The translations under genes and the position numbers were made by a program. From Paraspadella gotoi (lineage: Eukaryota; Animalia; Chaetognatha): 63,997 nucleotides of DNA. The notes under the pieces were generated by a model that was not told the DNA's origin, ran no database searches, and saw only the letters and a list, made by a program, of their open reading frames with translations. The stretch spans positions 11,466,141 through 11,530,137 of the forward strand of contig CM119270.1 of the NCBI GenBank assembly GCA_051294375.1, in the 5' to 3' direction. This document shows, one piece after another, positions 13,614 through 27,180 of this stretch. The first letter of the stretch is position 1. Each line of letters begins with the position of its first letter.

Positions 13614-15398
13614 CTAAAAAAACAAAAGTTTTACGGTAATTGTTTTCATCAATAATAAAATGTTAATTTTTTTAAAAAATGACTTTGTTTAAATAAAAAA
13701 TTCAAAATAAAGACGAAGAAGGAAAATATAAAGATAAAGTAGGAAAGATGAAAATAAAAAAGACGACAATCCTCCAAAAATATATGGAAGATAAAAATAA
13801 AATTTATGTCTCTCGCGACCCTCGACAAAAAATACGAGTTCAAAAAAACGATATTTTTACTCTCGTTCCGAAAAGTGACATAATCAGACGGGGTTACAAC
13901 GAAAGACAGGACATTACATGTTGTAAAACAACGGCGTTATAGATTACATTTGTCAGGGATTGTCAACATTCGCTCTCTTATTCATGTTATTATTTACAAC
14001 TCAATAAAAAATTACTACAACTGATGTGCGTTACATCCACTCGGTTATTTATGAGGTTTTCAGGTTTGCGCTCCAGATTATCGAGAGAACGTTCCGACCA
14101 GGGCAATAACAAAAGAGAAAAAAAAAGCGTAGGAAATCTGGAGATAGAAAAAAAAAAAGAATTGAGAGAAAATAATGAAAAAAAAGTGCGGGAGGAGGAG
14201 GAGGGGAGAGAGGGAGGAAAGAAAAAAAATAGAAGGCGAGAGATATTTTAGGAAACATTAAGGGAATGGAAAGGAAAGGAAGGGAGCGATTTCGTGTCTT
14301 TGTTCGGCGAAGAAGAAAAAAAAAGGAATTTTGGAAGGAAAAGAGAATGGATTCATAAAAATAAAGAAGTAGAATGGATTCGTAAAGATGTTAAATGTAA
14401 AAACTAGTTCATAACACGAGGAATAAATGACAAGTTCATCGCAACGAGAACATTGACAGAATTTTAAAAGGCAGAATTGATTGGAAGGATTTCAAACTGT
14501 CGCTCAGCCAAACAAGACAAGAAACAGATTCTCAATTTTTTGGCTTATTTTTTTTCTTTTTGTGTGTGTGTGTTTTTTTTTTTAAATCACAACAAAAATT
14601 TGAAAGCAAAGAAGTCGTCGTATTCCTCCATTTTTCAATAAAAGAAAAGAGAAGGCCGATTTAAAAAAAGTCTATAAATTCATTCGTTGCTTCCAGTTTG
14701 GTTCTTTTTCCCCTATAATTCTCCTTATTTTATTCTCCTTCCTCCGCTTCCTCCTCCTCTTTTTTCCTCTCATTCTTCCTCCCTGATTCTCTTTCATATT
14801 TCCCTCTAAAATCTTCTTTCCCTCTAGGGAAGCCATGTATCACTGCCATATCGTGATCAGGTGGTGAAACTCAAAGAACGTCTTATCAATTACTCGTTCC
14901 AGAATGACGACCACGAAAAACCATGACAACAACGTCGACGACGACGACGACGACCAAAGAGTGAGAAAGAAAAATGACGGGAAAAAAAATTTTAATTATA
15001 AAGTTTTTTAATACGATCTAAAATTAAAATTACGTTCGAAGAACGGAAAGAGCGAAATAAGAAACGACAAACGCAGGGAAAATTAAACAACGACAACAAC
15101 GACAACAACAACTTTGTCACACTCACTCATTGCCAGCGTCTGCTGCAGGTTCCCGACGTATTTCACGCTCGCCTCCAAAATGTCCGCTTTTTCCCACTTA
15201 ATGTGATTCGGGTTTTGCTGTAAATTAAAAAAAAAAGAGGGAAGGGCGTAAATTAAAGGAAGAGGAAGAGTGGGGGGGGGAGAGAGAGAGAGAGAGAGAG
15301 ATAACGGGTTGACAAGGATGACGATGATAACGTTGACGACGACAACGAGCACAAAAGGAAGAAGGAATCTGCATTTTTCACAAGATGACGCGGTTGTA

Positions 15399-15432
<34 letters not shown>

Positions 15433-15918
15433 TCATCATCACCCCGCCTTACCTTGGGCGATTTTTTTCCCCGAGTTTTGTTCGAGTTTTGTACAAAGAG
15501 AGAAATAAAAAGTGATTAAATAAAGAAAAATGATGAAAGGGCGAAAAAAGAAAAAAAGGGTTAGAAAGAAAGATAGAGAGACATGAAGAGAAAAGAAAGA
15601 AAGAGAAAGATAATAGAAGAAAAAAAGGAAAAGAAAAACAGTGAAAAAAAATTTTAAAAATCAAGAAAGTATCAGAGTATATAACGGCGAAAATATAAAA
15701 TATAATACAAAATATAATCCAAACCAAAAAGTTGTATTAATTCAAAAGTAAAGTCTGAATTCCCCATCTCAATCACGCCTCAGCAACACTGAATCTGATT
15801 CAGATTCACCGTCTGGACTCACGTCTTTTCTCATCGAGTCGCAGATGAGATTCTTGAGTTGATTCAAGCAGTTGTTGATCCTCGCCCGTCGCTTCTTCTC
15901 CATCAAGGGTTTGTTGCC
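13407..15918 (-). CDS. hes: hairy/Enhancer-of-split (HES) family bHLH-Orange transcription factor, LIN-22-like, copy B (partial: 3 internal exons; first and last exons unresolved)
   Basis: Joining 15918-15823, 15217-15127 and 13613-13407 via GT-AG introns gives an open frame: GNKPLMEKKRRARINNCLNQLKNLICDSMRKD|QNPNHIKWEKADILEASVKYVGNLQQTLAMS|QSFSSIENQRKLYLNGFVDCAKQLQQHLHQTLQQHMQLINLDESARMSICERINQSVVAVTSQIGVNH. It has the HES-diagnostic basic-region proline (KPLMEKKRRARIN), the EKADILE helix 2, and an Orange-like Y..GF..CA motif. The 96-nt phase 0/0 exon followed by a phase-1 intron matches the HES1-type gene structure as I recall it. Confidence 0.93.
15127..15217 (-). CDS. hes: HES copy B exon: loop and helix 2 (91 nt)
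   Basis: Acceptor tttaatttacag|CAA and donor ATG A|gtgagt. Encodes QNPNHIKWEKADILEASVKYVGNLQQTLAM, visible inside ORF 15083..15442. Confidence 0.92.
15823..15918 (-). CDS. hes: HES copy B exon: basic region and helix 1 (96 nt)
   Basis: Acceptor ccttactcag|GGC and donor GAC|gtgagt. Encodes GNKPLMEKKRRARINNCLNQLKNLICDSMRKD. Confidence 0.93.
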
Positions 15919-16673
15919 CTGAGTAAGGGGGGAAAAGGTGGGAGGGAAATCGGTTTAATTTTCAGAAAGCAATTTCGTAACTACGTATGAATACGTTTTA
16001 GTGACGGTGACGCTCTTAATTTCCTTTAGGACAACGATCCAGAAATATACATAAAAATGTTGCCAAAAATATTTAATTGTTCAAGAAAACATTTCTGACG
16101 CGGTTTCGACTAAAGTTTCCTTGAGTGAATAAAAAATCACAAAACACACTCACAAAAAAAAAAAACCACACAAAACACAAACAAAAACGAATTCAATCTT
16201 TGGCGCCATCGAGTCGTCACCGTCGAATGTTTATGCATTTCCGGTTTTTATAATAAAAAATATTGAAAAGGCTCCTCAACGGAGATTTTTCAAAATATCA
16301 AAAAAGGGGAAGCAGAAAAAAAACAGCAAAGAATGAGTTTTGGGGATATTCGAGGCCGAGTGGACGATAAGAGAGAGGGACGACGTTGCCCAAACAGAAA
16401 AAAAAATATGAAAAAAGTGAACGTTAAAAAGAGGGAGCGAGCGAAGGCGTAATACAAACCAAGAAAAATTGAGAAAAGGGAGGGAGAGAGAGTGAGAGGA
16501 GAGGAAATAAAATAAGAGACATTTCGAAAATAAGCGCGAAGGAATTATAGGGAATTAAATGGGCGAGGAATATAAATGGGAGAATTGCCAGCTGATGAAT
16601 AACCGAATTTATATTGAGAAATGGAACAGAAAACATTTGACGAAGGGAGAGGGAGAGGGGGGAAAGAGAGAGT

Positions 16674-16715
<42 letters not shown>

Positions 16716-17583
16716 ATAAGGAAAAGAGAGAAAAAAGGCGCTTTATAGATAGGAAACGAGGGAGCGAATGATTGAGGCAAGGCTTTCTGGCCAAGATTAA
16801 ACGAAGACATAATGGGCTCCATAAAAAAGAGGCCCTGCAACTATTGAACAATGAAAAAAGAAGAGGAAAAGAAAGAAAAATGGAAAAAAAAGACGGAAAA
16901 TCACGAAGCGGAGGTGAAGAGGAAGTAATCGATTAGGTTTTTTCTTTTTTCTTTTTCTATAATATCTATAGCTTAAAAGGAAAGAAAGAGAGAAAATGGG
17001 AGAGAGAGGAAAAAGGAAAGAGACAACTAAAGTAAGTTGATATCGACTTAAAGTGAAACGGTAGGAGAGGAAGTGAGCGAGAGAGTTTTAAGAGAGTGAG
17101 CGAGATATTAATCGGTCGGTGTCTTGTCCCGATCCGAACGCACGAGCCTGACTATTGTTCTCTCTCTCTTTGATCAGCTGCAGCATTAATCAGGGGCATT
17201 AGAGATAACGAAAAAAAAACAAAGAAAAAGCGAAAAAGAAAGAAACAAAAACAAAAAAAGAAAGAAAAAAAAGAAGAGAAAATCAGAAAAGGAAAAAAGG
17301 AAAAGAAAAACGAAATAAGCGAATCCGAAATCCGGTCATCGCCACGAGACGTGATGAATGGACGGAACCCGGGATCGAGCCTTTTTTTTTCGATCTTCCC
17401 TTTTCCTTTTTTCCCTTTTCCCCTTTTCCCTTTTTCCCTTTTTCCCTTTTTTTGTTCTCTTTTCCTTTTCTTTCCTTTTTGCTTTTCTTTATTTTTCTGT
17501 CCTTTCATCGGAGGAAGAATCATTAAACCTCATCCCGTTTATCTGTTGAGGACTTTTCATCGGTCGGTCCTGACCTTAGGCGG

Positions 17584-17686
<103 letters not shown>

Positions 17687-18205
17687 CATAAATATTCATA
17701 TGTGAGATACGGTCCAACAATATATTTAAGGGAAATACAAGGAAAAAAAAGGAAAGAAGTAAAAGGAATCGCCGACGTCTGAGACGGGCGGCGGCGGCGG
17801 CTTATCCAAGCGGACGGGATTTCCGCGCCAAGAACCGAAGAAAAACAATAACAAAAACGCAGGAAAAACAGAAAACGACAAAAAAGCGTAAAAAAAACAA
17901 AAAAAAGAGCTATGATTGGCATAAGATCAGATATTAAAACCTCATCTTAAATCGTTATGACGAAGTGAGAGAGGAAAGAGATACAACTTTCTTTAAGCTT
18001 TAAGTGTAGAGTTGCAAATGTTGCTTTTAACAGAGAAAAAACTGTTTCCAAGAATTGCAAAGGGATTTTGAACATTTTTTGGGGGAGGAAAAAAAATTTT
18101 CCAAACGTTTGACGGCTAAAAAAGGCGACGAATATAGAATATCTTTATCCATTTATGCTAATGTATGTTGACTTGAAATCTGTTTGTCGGAAAGGGAGAG
18201 AGAGA

Positions 18206-18292
<87 letters not shown>

Positions 18293-18591
18293 TGTTTTTT
18301 ATGTCACCCGCTGCTGCACTGAAGGGAGTTTTGGGCAGAGGAAGAGGAGTCAAGAATTAGGAAAGAAAAAATGTGTGGAAAAACTCTTTCTCACTTTCTC
18401 CTTCTCTCGGTCTCCCTCTCTATCTCTCGCTCTTTTGATCCTTTTTCCCCCTTTTCTGATTTTCTGAAGCGGAGAGAGCAATATTCCTATTCAAAGGCTC
18501 ATCCATTCAGGCGGGTTCAGAGACTTACTTAAATTGCCAATCCACTAAATAAATAGCTTATCTCTCTTCCTCTTCCTCCTCCGCCCCTTCG

Positions 18592-18626
<35 letters not shown>

Positions 18627-20163
18627 CTCTCTCTCTATCTCTCTCTCTCTCTCTCTCTCTTTCCCCAGAGGGGGGAGATTATAAATCCCGTTTCTTTTCA
18701 CCGCCTTTGATGATCAGTCAGCTTTAAAGTTTAGTTATTTCCCTCCTCTGGCCGAAAAATAAACCTCCGGCTTTTGTAGAAGACTTGCAATCAGAGCGGC
18801 GGGCATTGACTTTGCTTTTCTCTCTTTCTCTTTCTCTCTTTTTATTCCTTTCTTTGCTCGCATCACTATCTTTTTATTAATTTTAATCCGCGACAATAAT
18901 CCGAGGGATCGCGGATATTCGTGGATGCATCCCTATAATATCTTTTTAACAGGGCAGCGACGGGGTATGTGAAAAGAATTTATGAAGGTATTTAAATACG
19001 TAATACGTAAGACTGAGTTTCCTTTTAAGTTCCTTGATGGTATGTGCTCCTATTTTATCTGTCAACGATATTAAAATTAAATTTGGGGGATTTTTGAAAA
19101 TATTTTTGTTCCTTTTTCAAAGATTTTGTCGACTTATCTTTTCGGCTTTCTCGCTTCGTTTCTTGAGTTTCCACGTTGCTCTTTCTGTCAATTGAAATTC
19201 GCCATTTTACACGGTTTATATTTTTTTCCATATAGCTATATATATAAATATAAACACAAAACGTAAGTATCTGAGAAAGAATCGTCACAAACCCGTCTCG
19301 CAATCAGCAATCCAGTCACATCGTTTCCTTCGCTCCAATTCTGTTTTGTTTAGATATTTTTTCTTGAAATGCATCTCAAAGCGAAAGAATCTGACATAAA
19401 ACGAAATCGTCGAATATATCACGATTCGATATCAAGAAAAAAAATCTGAATTTCCTCATTTCTCTCTCTTTCTCTCTTCGCTCTCTTCTCTCTCTTTTTC
19501 GTCTCTCTTTCTTCTCTTCTCTCTCTCTCTCTCTTCGATTTCGTTCTCTAAACTGGGAATCATTTATTCCGCGCTCTGCCCACGCGTCGGGCGCAGACGC
19601 ATTTACAGTCAAAACCAAACGCAAAATGACGTTATGAATTATCGCGGGTACAGTTCGTCACGCGTTTAGCGAAAGCGACAGGCCCCTGGCGATCCTCGTT
19701 ATTTTTATTCAGCGGAAAAAAAAATAACAAGCAATTTCTCTTTCTCGATGTAATTTCTTCTGTCTTTGCAGATTCCTTTATTTTTTCTTGTCGCTCGAAA
19801 TCTGTGGCTTATGGGGAGGAGGGGGGCTCAGCTGGCGGCTATTCTTTTTATCAGTCTGAACTATCCTTCCGGCCCTAAGCTATGATTTTTTTATTAGCGT
19901 GAACTATTCTTTTGACCCCAAACTATTCTTTTTTTTTGTTGCCAGCCTCGAGGTATAGTCTGTTTTCGAGCTCAAGCCCATTTTTTCCTGGATGGCCCCG
20001 GGCCTGGATCCGGTATTTTTTTCTAGGCTTGATTGTCTTCTTTTCGTGATCAGAAGAAGAAGCCTCACGATTTCTAAGAAATGAGAATTCTCGGGGAGAA
20101 AAGAAAACAAACATTCGGTGTTGGAAAAAGATTAAAGTCAACATCGATTAGAGAAGAAACAAA

Positions 20164-20171
20164 CGTGGGAA
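20164..20171 (+). promoter_or_regulatory. consensus CSL site CGTGGGAA upstream of HES (also 9048-9055 in copy A)
   Basis: Exact match to YGTGGGAA. A single 8-mer can occur by chance. Confidence 0.3.
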
Positions 20172-20742
20172 GGAAAGAGACGAGATTGCGGTCAATTTCG
20201 ATCTTCGTTGCCAAGAAAACGACGGTTGTTTGTTATATTTGGTGCAAATTGCGATTTCTTTTGGCCATTGCTGTCGACCGGAGCGAGTTTTCGAATGTTT
20301 GAAAATTGACTCTTTTTAAATTGTTATTGTTTTTTACTCTGTTTAAAGAGAGAGAGAGCAGAAAAATTGTAGAGAGATAGAAGAGAGAGAGAGAGAGATA
20401 AAGGGGGAGAGAATAAATTTCAAAAAAATGATTTCCATATTCTCGAGTCAGAATCTCTCGTCGGTTATAAACAGTTGGTCCGGAAATTCTGTTGTTAATC
20501 AATCTCTGCCTTTGTTTGGTATCCTTGTTTCTCCCATTTTTCTCTTTCTGTCTTTCTCACTCCCTACCATGTTTCTCTCTCTCTCTCTCTCTCCCTTTGT
20601 TTTTCCATCCCTCGATTGTTTTTTCTGGGTCCATCGTGTTTTTGACAGGTTGTCTGACAGTCGGAGTTCCAATGACAACCTTCACCCTGACGCGGGCATC
20701 AAATCTCGGAAAAACGTGGACGTCGCTGAACGTTTTCGAGAA

Positions 20743-20990
20743 CTAAACCCTGGCACCTCAAACCAAAATCCTGGCACCTCAAACCAAAATCCTGGCACCT
20801 CAAACCAAAGCCCTGGCACCTCAAACCAAAACACTGGCCCCTGAAACCAAAACACTGGCCCCTCAAACCAAAACCCTAGCCCCTCAAACCAAAACCCTAG
20901 CCCCTCAACCCAAAACCCTGGCACCTAAAACCGAAACCATGGCATCTAAAAACAAAAAGCTTGGCACCTCAAACCAAAACCTTGGCGCCT
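20743..20990 (+). repeat. ~21-bp minisatellite, copy B
   Basis: Cleaner tandem units, translated as NPGTSNQ repeats in ORF 20428..20844. There are no unique spacers. Confidence 0.88.
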
Positions 20991-22158
20991 TAACAAAAGT
21001 CGCATCAACTCCAGACGCTGACGTCTAATTATTTTTTTTTTTCATTTGGTTTTAGGTGCGAAAAAACTGCTTATGTTAAACTGTTTCGATCATGATGGCG
21101 CCAATGCATTGTGTTGGAATTGGAGCTAATCAACCGAGGTTCGAAAATAAAAAATTTCCGCCCCATTGGAGCCGATTTGGTGCGAGTGAAAGATTGCTTC
21201 TTAATGAGAAATGATTCAACATGTGTCGGACAGAAGACAAAGGAAAATTAAGCGCACGTGAGAATATGCAGAACTTTCAGCTGAGACTGAGAGCGTTTTA
21301 ACATTCGGCCGTGTTAAAGTTGTTTAAAGGTATATATCTTGACATATACAGAAAGTTGGTAATTTTCAAATTCCATACTTCAACTTAAATTCACCTTTTT
21401 GTCTGAATCTCCGCCGAAATCCATCTTCGTGAAAATTAGGTCCCGAGAAAAAGTAAAATCCGAGTAAATGTCTTTGTATATTTTAGTTTTTTAAAAAAGT
21501 AATTCGAGATAAAAGATTGTAAACATTAAAAAATTTCTTTTTTCTTTCAAAAAAACAAAAACAAAAAACGAGCAGTTGTTTTAAAAAAGTTCGGTCTTAA
21601 AATACACGTGTCCAAAAATTGTTTCCAGATAGGGTGTCGTGAATAAAGCGTGACCGGGCGTCGTTCGATCGCGGGACGAAATTCGAGTCTTTTAGTCTCT
21701 CGTTTTATTGTTGTTTATTTCGCGATTATACAGTACGAACGGCGTTTTCCGAATATGGTGCAGTTTTTTTTTAAAAATCTATGGAGGTTTAGAGTGCACG
21801 TGTTTCGAACGAAGTCGCTTATTCGACTGACGGTCGTCCGTCCGACTTCGGCCAAACGTCGAGCATTCCGTCCTCGGTCTTTTTTCTCCGTCGGTATTCA
21901 CGAGAGTCACACTCTCTCACACGGGAACCAGCCTTTCCATGGGGCCCGTGACCTCTGGCCGATCCGGATCGAGTGGAAGAGGAGAGGCTCCGTCGGATTC
22001 CTACGGGAGAAGGAAGAGGAAGAGGATCGCGGCCGGGGTCGGAGAGAACCGAATAGAGAAGAGGGGGGGGGGACGATTCCGTAGTAATGAGGGTAGATAC
22101 CGTCGCCGGAGCGAGAGAGAGAGCGAGACTCTCGCGGGGTTGGGATGGTGACGGACGG

Positions 22159-22188
22159 ATGGGAAAATGAATCGGGGAATTTTCTCAA
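22159..22188. promoter_or_regulatory. candidate Su(H)/CSL paired site (SPS)
   Basis: ATGGGAA-16 nt-TTCTCAA in head-to-head orientation, within a GC-rich island about 6.2 kb upstream of the HES basic exon. The 16-nt spacing matches the HES1 promoter SPS, but the second site is non-consensus. Confidence 0.4.
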
Positions 22189-23483
22189 TGCGCAATCGGC
22201 ACATATGCTCGTCCCGGTTACGTTTTTAGGTATTTGTCGTTGTTGTTGTCCTTGTCGTTGACGACGTCGTACTCTGGCTCGTCCTCGTTTTCGTCGTCGT
22301 CGCAGATTTAAATCGCGTAAAACTTCCGGTTTTAGGATTAATATTTTTAGTTGCGCCGCGAGTACTCGCGGAGCACCTCTATAAGTCACTTTTCGGTCGG
22401 TCGTTCGGTCTGCAGCCTTCAGGAAATTCTAAAACTATAAAGAAAAAAAAGACGAAATTCCGATGCAGTGTGTGTCATAAATACACAGGCTAAAAAAGTT
22501 ATTGTAGTCATGTAGTCAAGTCATATTAGGTCATGTCATGTCACGAGAAATACATGTGATAAGGCAGTTACTGCGGCGCAACACATTTGAATTACCGTTC
22601 TTGTTTTTAAATGAAAGAGCAGTTTAGGATTGAGTGCCTGGTTATTGGTCGAGATTTTTCTTGAAATTGCCAAAAATTACAAGTACAACAATGACATGAA
22701 TTTCTATTGCGGTGACATATTGATAAAGTATTATTTTCTGATAATATTTTTTAGTTTTTTAGTTTTTATCCAGGAATATTTTATGGTTTTTCTTTCACAG
22801 CACTAGTTTCTTTTTTAAATGCGAAGTTTTCGAGTTGCGTCTTGCGTTTCAACGATTGTCACCTTCACAATTCACAACGTCGCCGAACGAAAGTCGAGAA
22901 AGGTGAAGTTAATTTCCGTCACGGAATGAAAAAAGAAAGAAAAAAGGAAAGAAGAGAGGAAGAAAAGAAAAAGGAAAGAAAGTAAAAAGAAAGAAAAGCT
23001 TTATAAAAGACTGCCAATAAAAGAAAATGTTTAGAGCAGAATAAAATCGATAACGAAAATGTTGAAAAATCTTTACAAATTCAAATATGGCATATTAAAA
23101 GTGAAAAGAAAAAATGAAAAGTTAAAGTTTTATATAATATTTTCTTTGTGATCAGTGCTCAATCTTTTTTTCAATAAATATTTCGACGAAAAACTTTTGA
23201 ACTACTCAATTTTTATTTGCCTTGCTAGTGAGTGAACATTCGGTGAGCAATTCACAGTACTACGAATGACTCCGTCTTTTCTTGTGATTGTACAAGGCGT
23301 TAACGCAAGGCCGTCAATGATAACTCACTGTTTGAGGGGCCATAAGGTTTTTTTTTACTTTTAAGTAAGTTAAACTACCTTCCACAGTCGGAAATTTTTC
23401 TCACCACCTAATATGATGATTAAAGTCAACACTATAAAAATCCATATATTATGATGGACTAAAATTCACCAACCGTTCATCAG

Positions 23484-23632
23484 CAGCCATTGGTGCCGGA
23501 GGCAAGTCATTCGCCTCCCAACCCAAAGGTCGGGGGTTCTAGCCCGGTGGCCGACTCGCAGTTAAGTGGGACAGGGCGCTTAACCCGCCTGTAACACGGT
23601 GTTACAGCCTGATCCGAAGCTCAGGGACTGCT
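23484..23632 (+). mobile_element. tRNA-Gly-like head plus hairpin-rich body (SINE-like or tRNA pseudogene); mirror copy at ~38096-38240 (-)
   Basis: A-box-like TGGTGCCGGAGG, a TTCGCCTCCCAA anticodon region resembling tRNA-Gly(CCC), B-box GGTTCTAGCCC, and acceptor stem CAGCCAT/GTGGCCG (6 of 7 pairs). The anticodon stem is broken. Three short hairpins follow. Confidence 0.5.
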
Positions 23633-24251
23633 TATATTGAACGGTTCTGTCATTAACTCATAACATTAATTACTGTATCTTCAATATATTCTCCCAATAA
23701 TCTCTTCCGAAATACTTCTTCACTTACAAAATTCTATTCTTTACGGTTTTATATTTTTTGGGTTCTTTTACTTTTTTCTTTAAAGTCTTTTTGTTCCAGC
23801 GCCTGTCCAATTTCTCTTTAAATACTCAATATATATATTATTATTTTTTGCTAGATAAAACTCGTTTACTGGCCACTAATTTTAAAAAAATATTTTCTTT
23901 CCAGTTTTTTTATTTTTCTGTTTTTTTTTTATCTACTTCAGGTTCACATTTTCCCCACAATCTTCGCCGCGGACATCCCAATCCATTCCTTCGTCGCCAT
24001 TATATGTGCTTCACCCGTGATCACATATCACTAAAAACAAATGTTGTCTCCATTTCACGAGCCCATAACGCGCAATCACTTACTCTCCCCAACACACATC
24101 TCCCTTCCCTAACGAAATTCACTGTCCACCTTCTGTTTTTTTCACTCACCGCGCCATGGATTATAACAGCTTCCTTTTTTATTGAATCTAGTTTTGCACA
24201 AATGAAATTGGTACTTCCACGCTAAAAATTATCCATTCATTCAGTAAATTA

Positions 24252-24397
24252 TTAAGCTAATAGGCTAATGAGCTAATAAGCTCATTAGCTCATAAGCTCA
24301 TAAGCTCATAAGTTCATAAGTTCATAAGTTCATAAGTTCATAGGCTAATAAGCTAATAAGCTAATAAGCTAATAAGCTATTGAGCTAATAAACTAAA
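24252..24397. repeat. 8-bp tandem repeat (CTCATAAG/CTAATAAG/TTCATAAG); mirror copy at ~37290-37445
   Basis: About 18 visible units. Confidence 0.85.
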
Positions 24398-24671
24398 TAT
24401 AACATGCACTCATATCGATTGTCCTTCTTTCCCGCGCTCATTTATCTTTCGCCAGTTCCTCTCACTTCCCACTACTCGTCTCTTTACCCCGAAACCATCT
24501 CACCATTTCCCGCTTCCACCAACCATTACGCGCCATCACCCTTTGCCATTGAGTCGCTCGGCACAGATTGAGGTCCACGTCCGTCACTTTTCCGATCCCG
24601 TTTTCGATGCCTTCGTCATTTTTCTTTCTTTTTTCTTTTTTTTCCGGTGAATTTCATGTATTCACGTCTCA

Positions 24672-24731
<60 letters not shown>

Positions 24732-27116
24732 GTCGCCTCTTTCAGTTTTTCCCATTTTCAGTCGTTTAAAGTAAGGGGCGGGAATTTAGTAAAAAAAAAA
24801 AGGATGTGAGGAAAAAAATGATAATTTTACCACAAGTAAAACGTATAATCAATGTAAATGGCCTTCTTCTCTGTAAATCTACTCTTGAGACGCGTAGATT
24901 ACAATTTACTTCTTGTTTATAGGATTATGATATTTATATATCAAATATATCATCGGTCATAATTTTCTCCTCAGTTTTATTGATTTTCTACGACCTCCCA
25001 ATTTTGAACCTTTTAAAACCCGGGGAATATTTTTATTTCTTCCCTTTTCTCTTTTGATGTCCTTCCGACGAAACGTCTTTCATTGCCTTCAAAGAATTGG
25101 CACAGATGGTTCTCTCTCTCTCTCCCTCTCTCTTCCCTCTCTTTTCCCTCTTATCTCTTCTCCGGTTTTTAAATTCTCAACTTTCAATTAAAGAAAAACT
25201 TTACTGTCCCGGCCTTATCTTTCATTCCTGCTTTTTTCATCTCAATTTTTTTATCTTTTGGACGAAAAAAAAAAATGGAATCGCATTCGATAATTTTTTT
25301 TCCTCGAGACAAAAGACATCGTTTAAATTTCATTATTTTATTCATTGTTTTGAAAAAAAATTAAATTATTCGCCGAAGATAAACGAAAAATAGTTACCGA
25401 GCATCATTAGTCGACGTAAACAATGAAATGACAGCGAAATTGAAAACAAAAGAGAAACTTGGCCAATTTTCTTTTTCCCTCTCGTCTCTGATTTGTCTGT
25501 GTGGTTTTAAGGCTCCATTTTATACTGAAGCTTTCAAGAATTTTTTGAAAGCGTTTGGGAAAGGGAGCAAGCGAGATAATTTGATAAAGAAACTAAGCAA
25601 GGGAGAAGAGGAGCCCAGAAATTAAAAATGGTTAATAGACTCAAGTTTTTTTTAATTTAAAAAAAAAAACAGCCATTACTATTTAGTAGGGTGGAGTGAG
25701 GAAAAGATTGAACGATGTTATTTTACTGCCTTTGTTAGCCATAGCCGATAAAATTTAAATGCTAATGTATATAGCATTTAAATTTTTTTTTATTTCTTTA
25801 TTTATTAAATTTAAAATTTAAATATCTATAAATAAATATTAAAAACTAATTACTAGGGTATTTCTACCTTTGAGATATAACAAAAATATAATTAACCTCT
25901 TTTTCACAAAAAAATTTGCATATCAGTATCATAAATGAAATTTTTTTATAGTAATATAATACAAAATAAAATAATACAAAGTAATATCATTATAAAATCA
26001 TAAAATTTCAAAATCATATTTTTTCAATTTTAAATCAGTTTCGGATTCGCTGGAAAAATATAAAAAAACGTTTAGGAAATATACTTTCTGATATTTCTAG
26101 GTTTAAGTTGCGAAAAATGACTAAAACGTTTCATCATATAATAGTTTCTATTACAGAGTATAAAAAAGTAAGAAATTTTGACCTTTTTTCCATTTTTTAC
26201 TCTGACGACATTAAAATTTTTAATAACATATTTTATATTTTTGATTTAACTTTTTATCTAGAATCAGAATCTTTAATAAAAATTTTTTTAAAAAAATAAT
26301 TTAAAATTTTATTATTTTGTAAGGATATTACTATAAATATATTTTCCAAACAATATAAGCAAAATATTTTTTGTACTGCTTAATAATACTATCTCACATC
26401 TTGTTCAGTCAAATAAAATGTATGTTCCTCAGTGATCCACTCTACTATATAGTAAGTATGGTTTTATAATTAGAAATTAAACCAAATATAAATTCAAATT
26501 TAGGAACATTAATATCAAGATATGAACCGGCACCGAATGTTAAACGTTTCGAATTCTCTGAAGCTTCCAGTCATTTTCTCAGGTAAAAAAGATGTTTGGC
26601 TGAGATAAAACAGAAACCCGCCCCACCACATCTAAACTTTTCTCGTTTTAAGCCCTAATATGAAAGTTAAGATTTCATCTAAAAAACATTCAAAAAAGAA
26701 AAATCTGAGCATGTTCTGTGAATATGTTATTTTTGTTATTGTTTTGTTCTAATTTCGAGAAGAATTACTTAAGGGCAAAATCAGCTGAATTCAACGGCGT
26801 GAAAAGAAAAGAAAAACGCCATCTACAAACATGAACGAAAAAAAGGGGAAAAAAGAAAATTAAGGAGAAAAGAATCTAAGAAAATGAATTTTAGACGCTC
26901 GTTTGTCTTATTTTTCTTTCTTTCTTTTTCGTTCTTTCTTTCTTTTCCTTATATCCTTTCCTTCCTAGTTTCTTTCTTTCTTTCTTTATTTCTTTCTTTT
27001 TTTCTATTTCTTTCGTTTTTTCTTTTTCTTTTTTCTTTCTTCTATCGTTTTTCTTCTTTATGTTTTTATATTTCCTTCTTTCATTTCTTTTTGTTGTTTA
27101 CCCTTCAGCCGCTGTC

Positions 27117-27180
<64 letters not shown>

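Noticed and set aside
17529-17560. Possible HES first exon MKSPQQINGM(R)
   Set aside because: The donor is weak (gtttaa), its phase 2 does not match the phase-0 acceptor of copy B, and copy A has a stop here. Left unresolved.
20743-20990. 21-bp array as a CRISPR array or repeat protein
   Set aside because: The units are contiguous with no unique spacers, there are no cas genes, and the frame is not kept in copy A.
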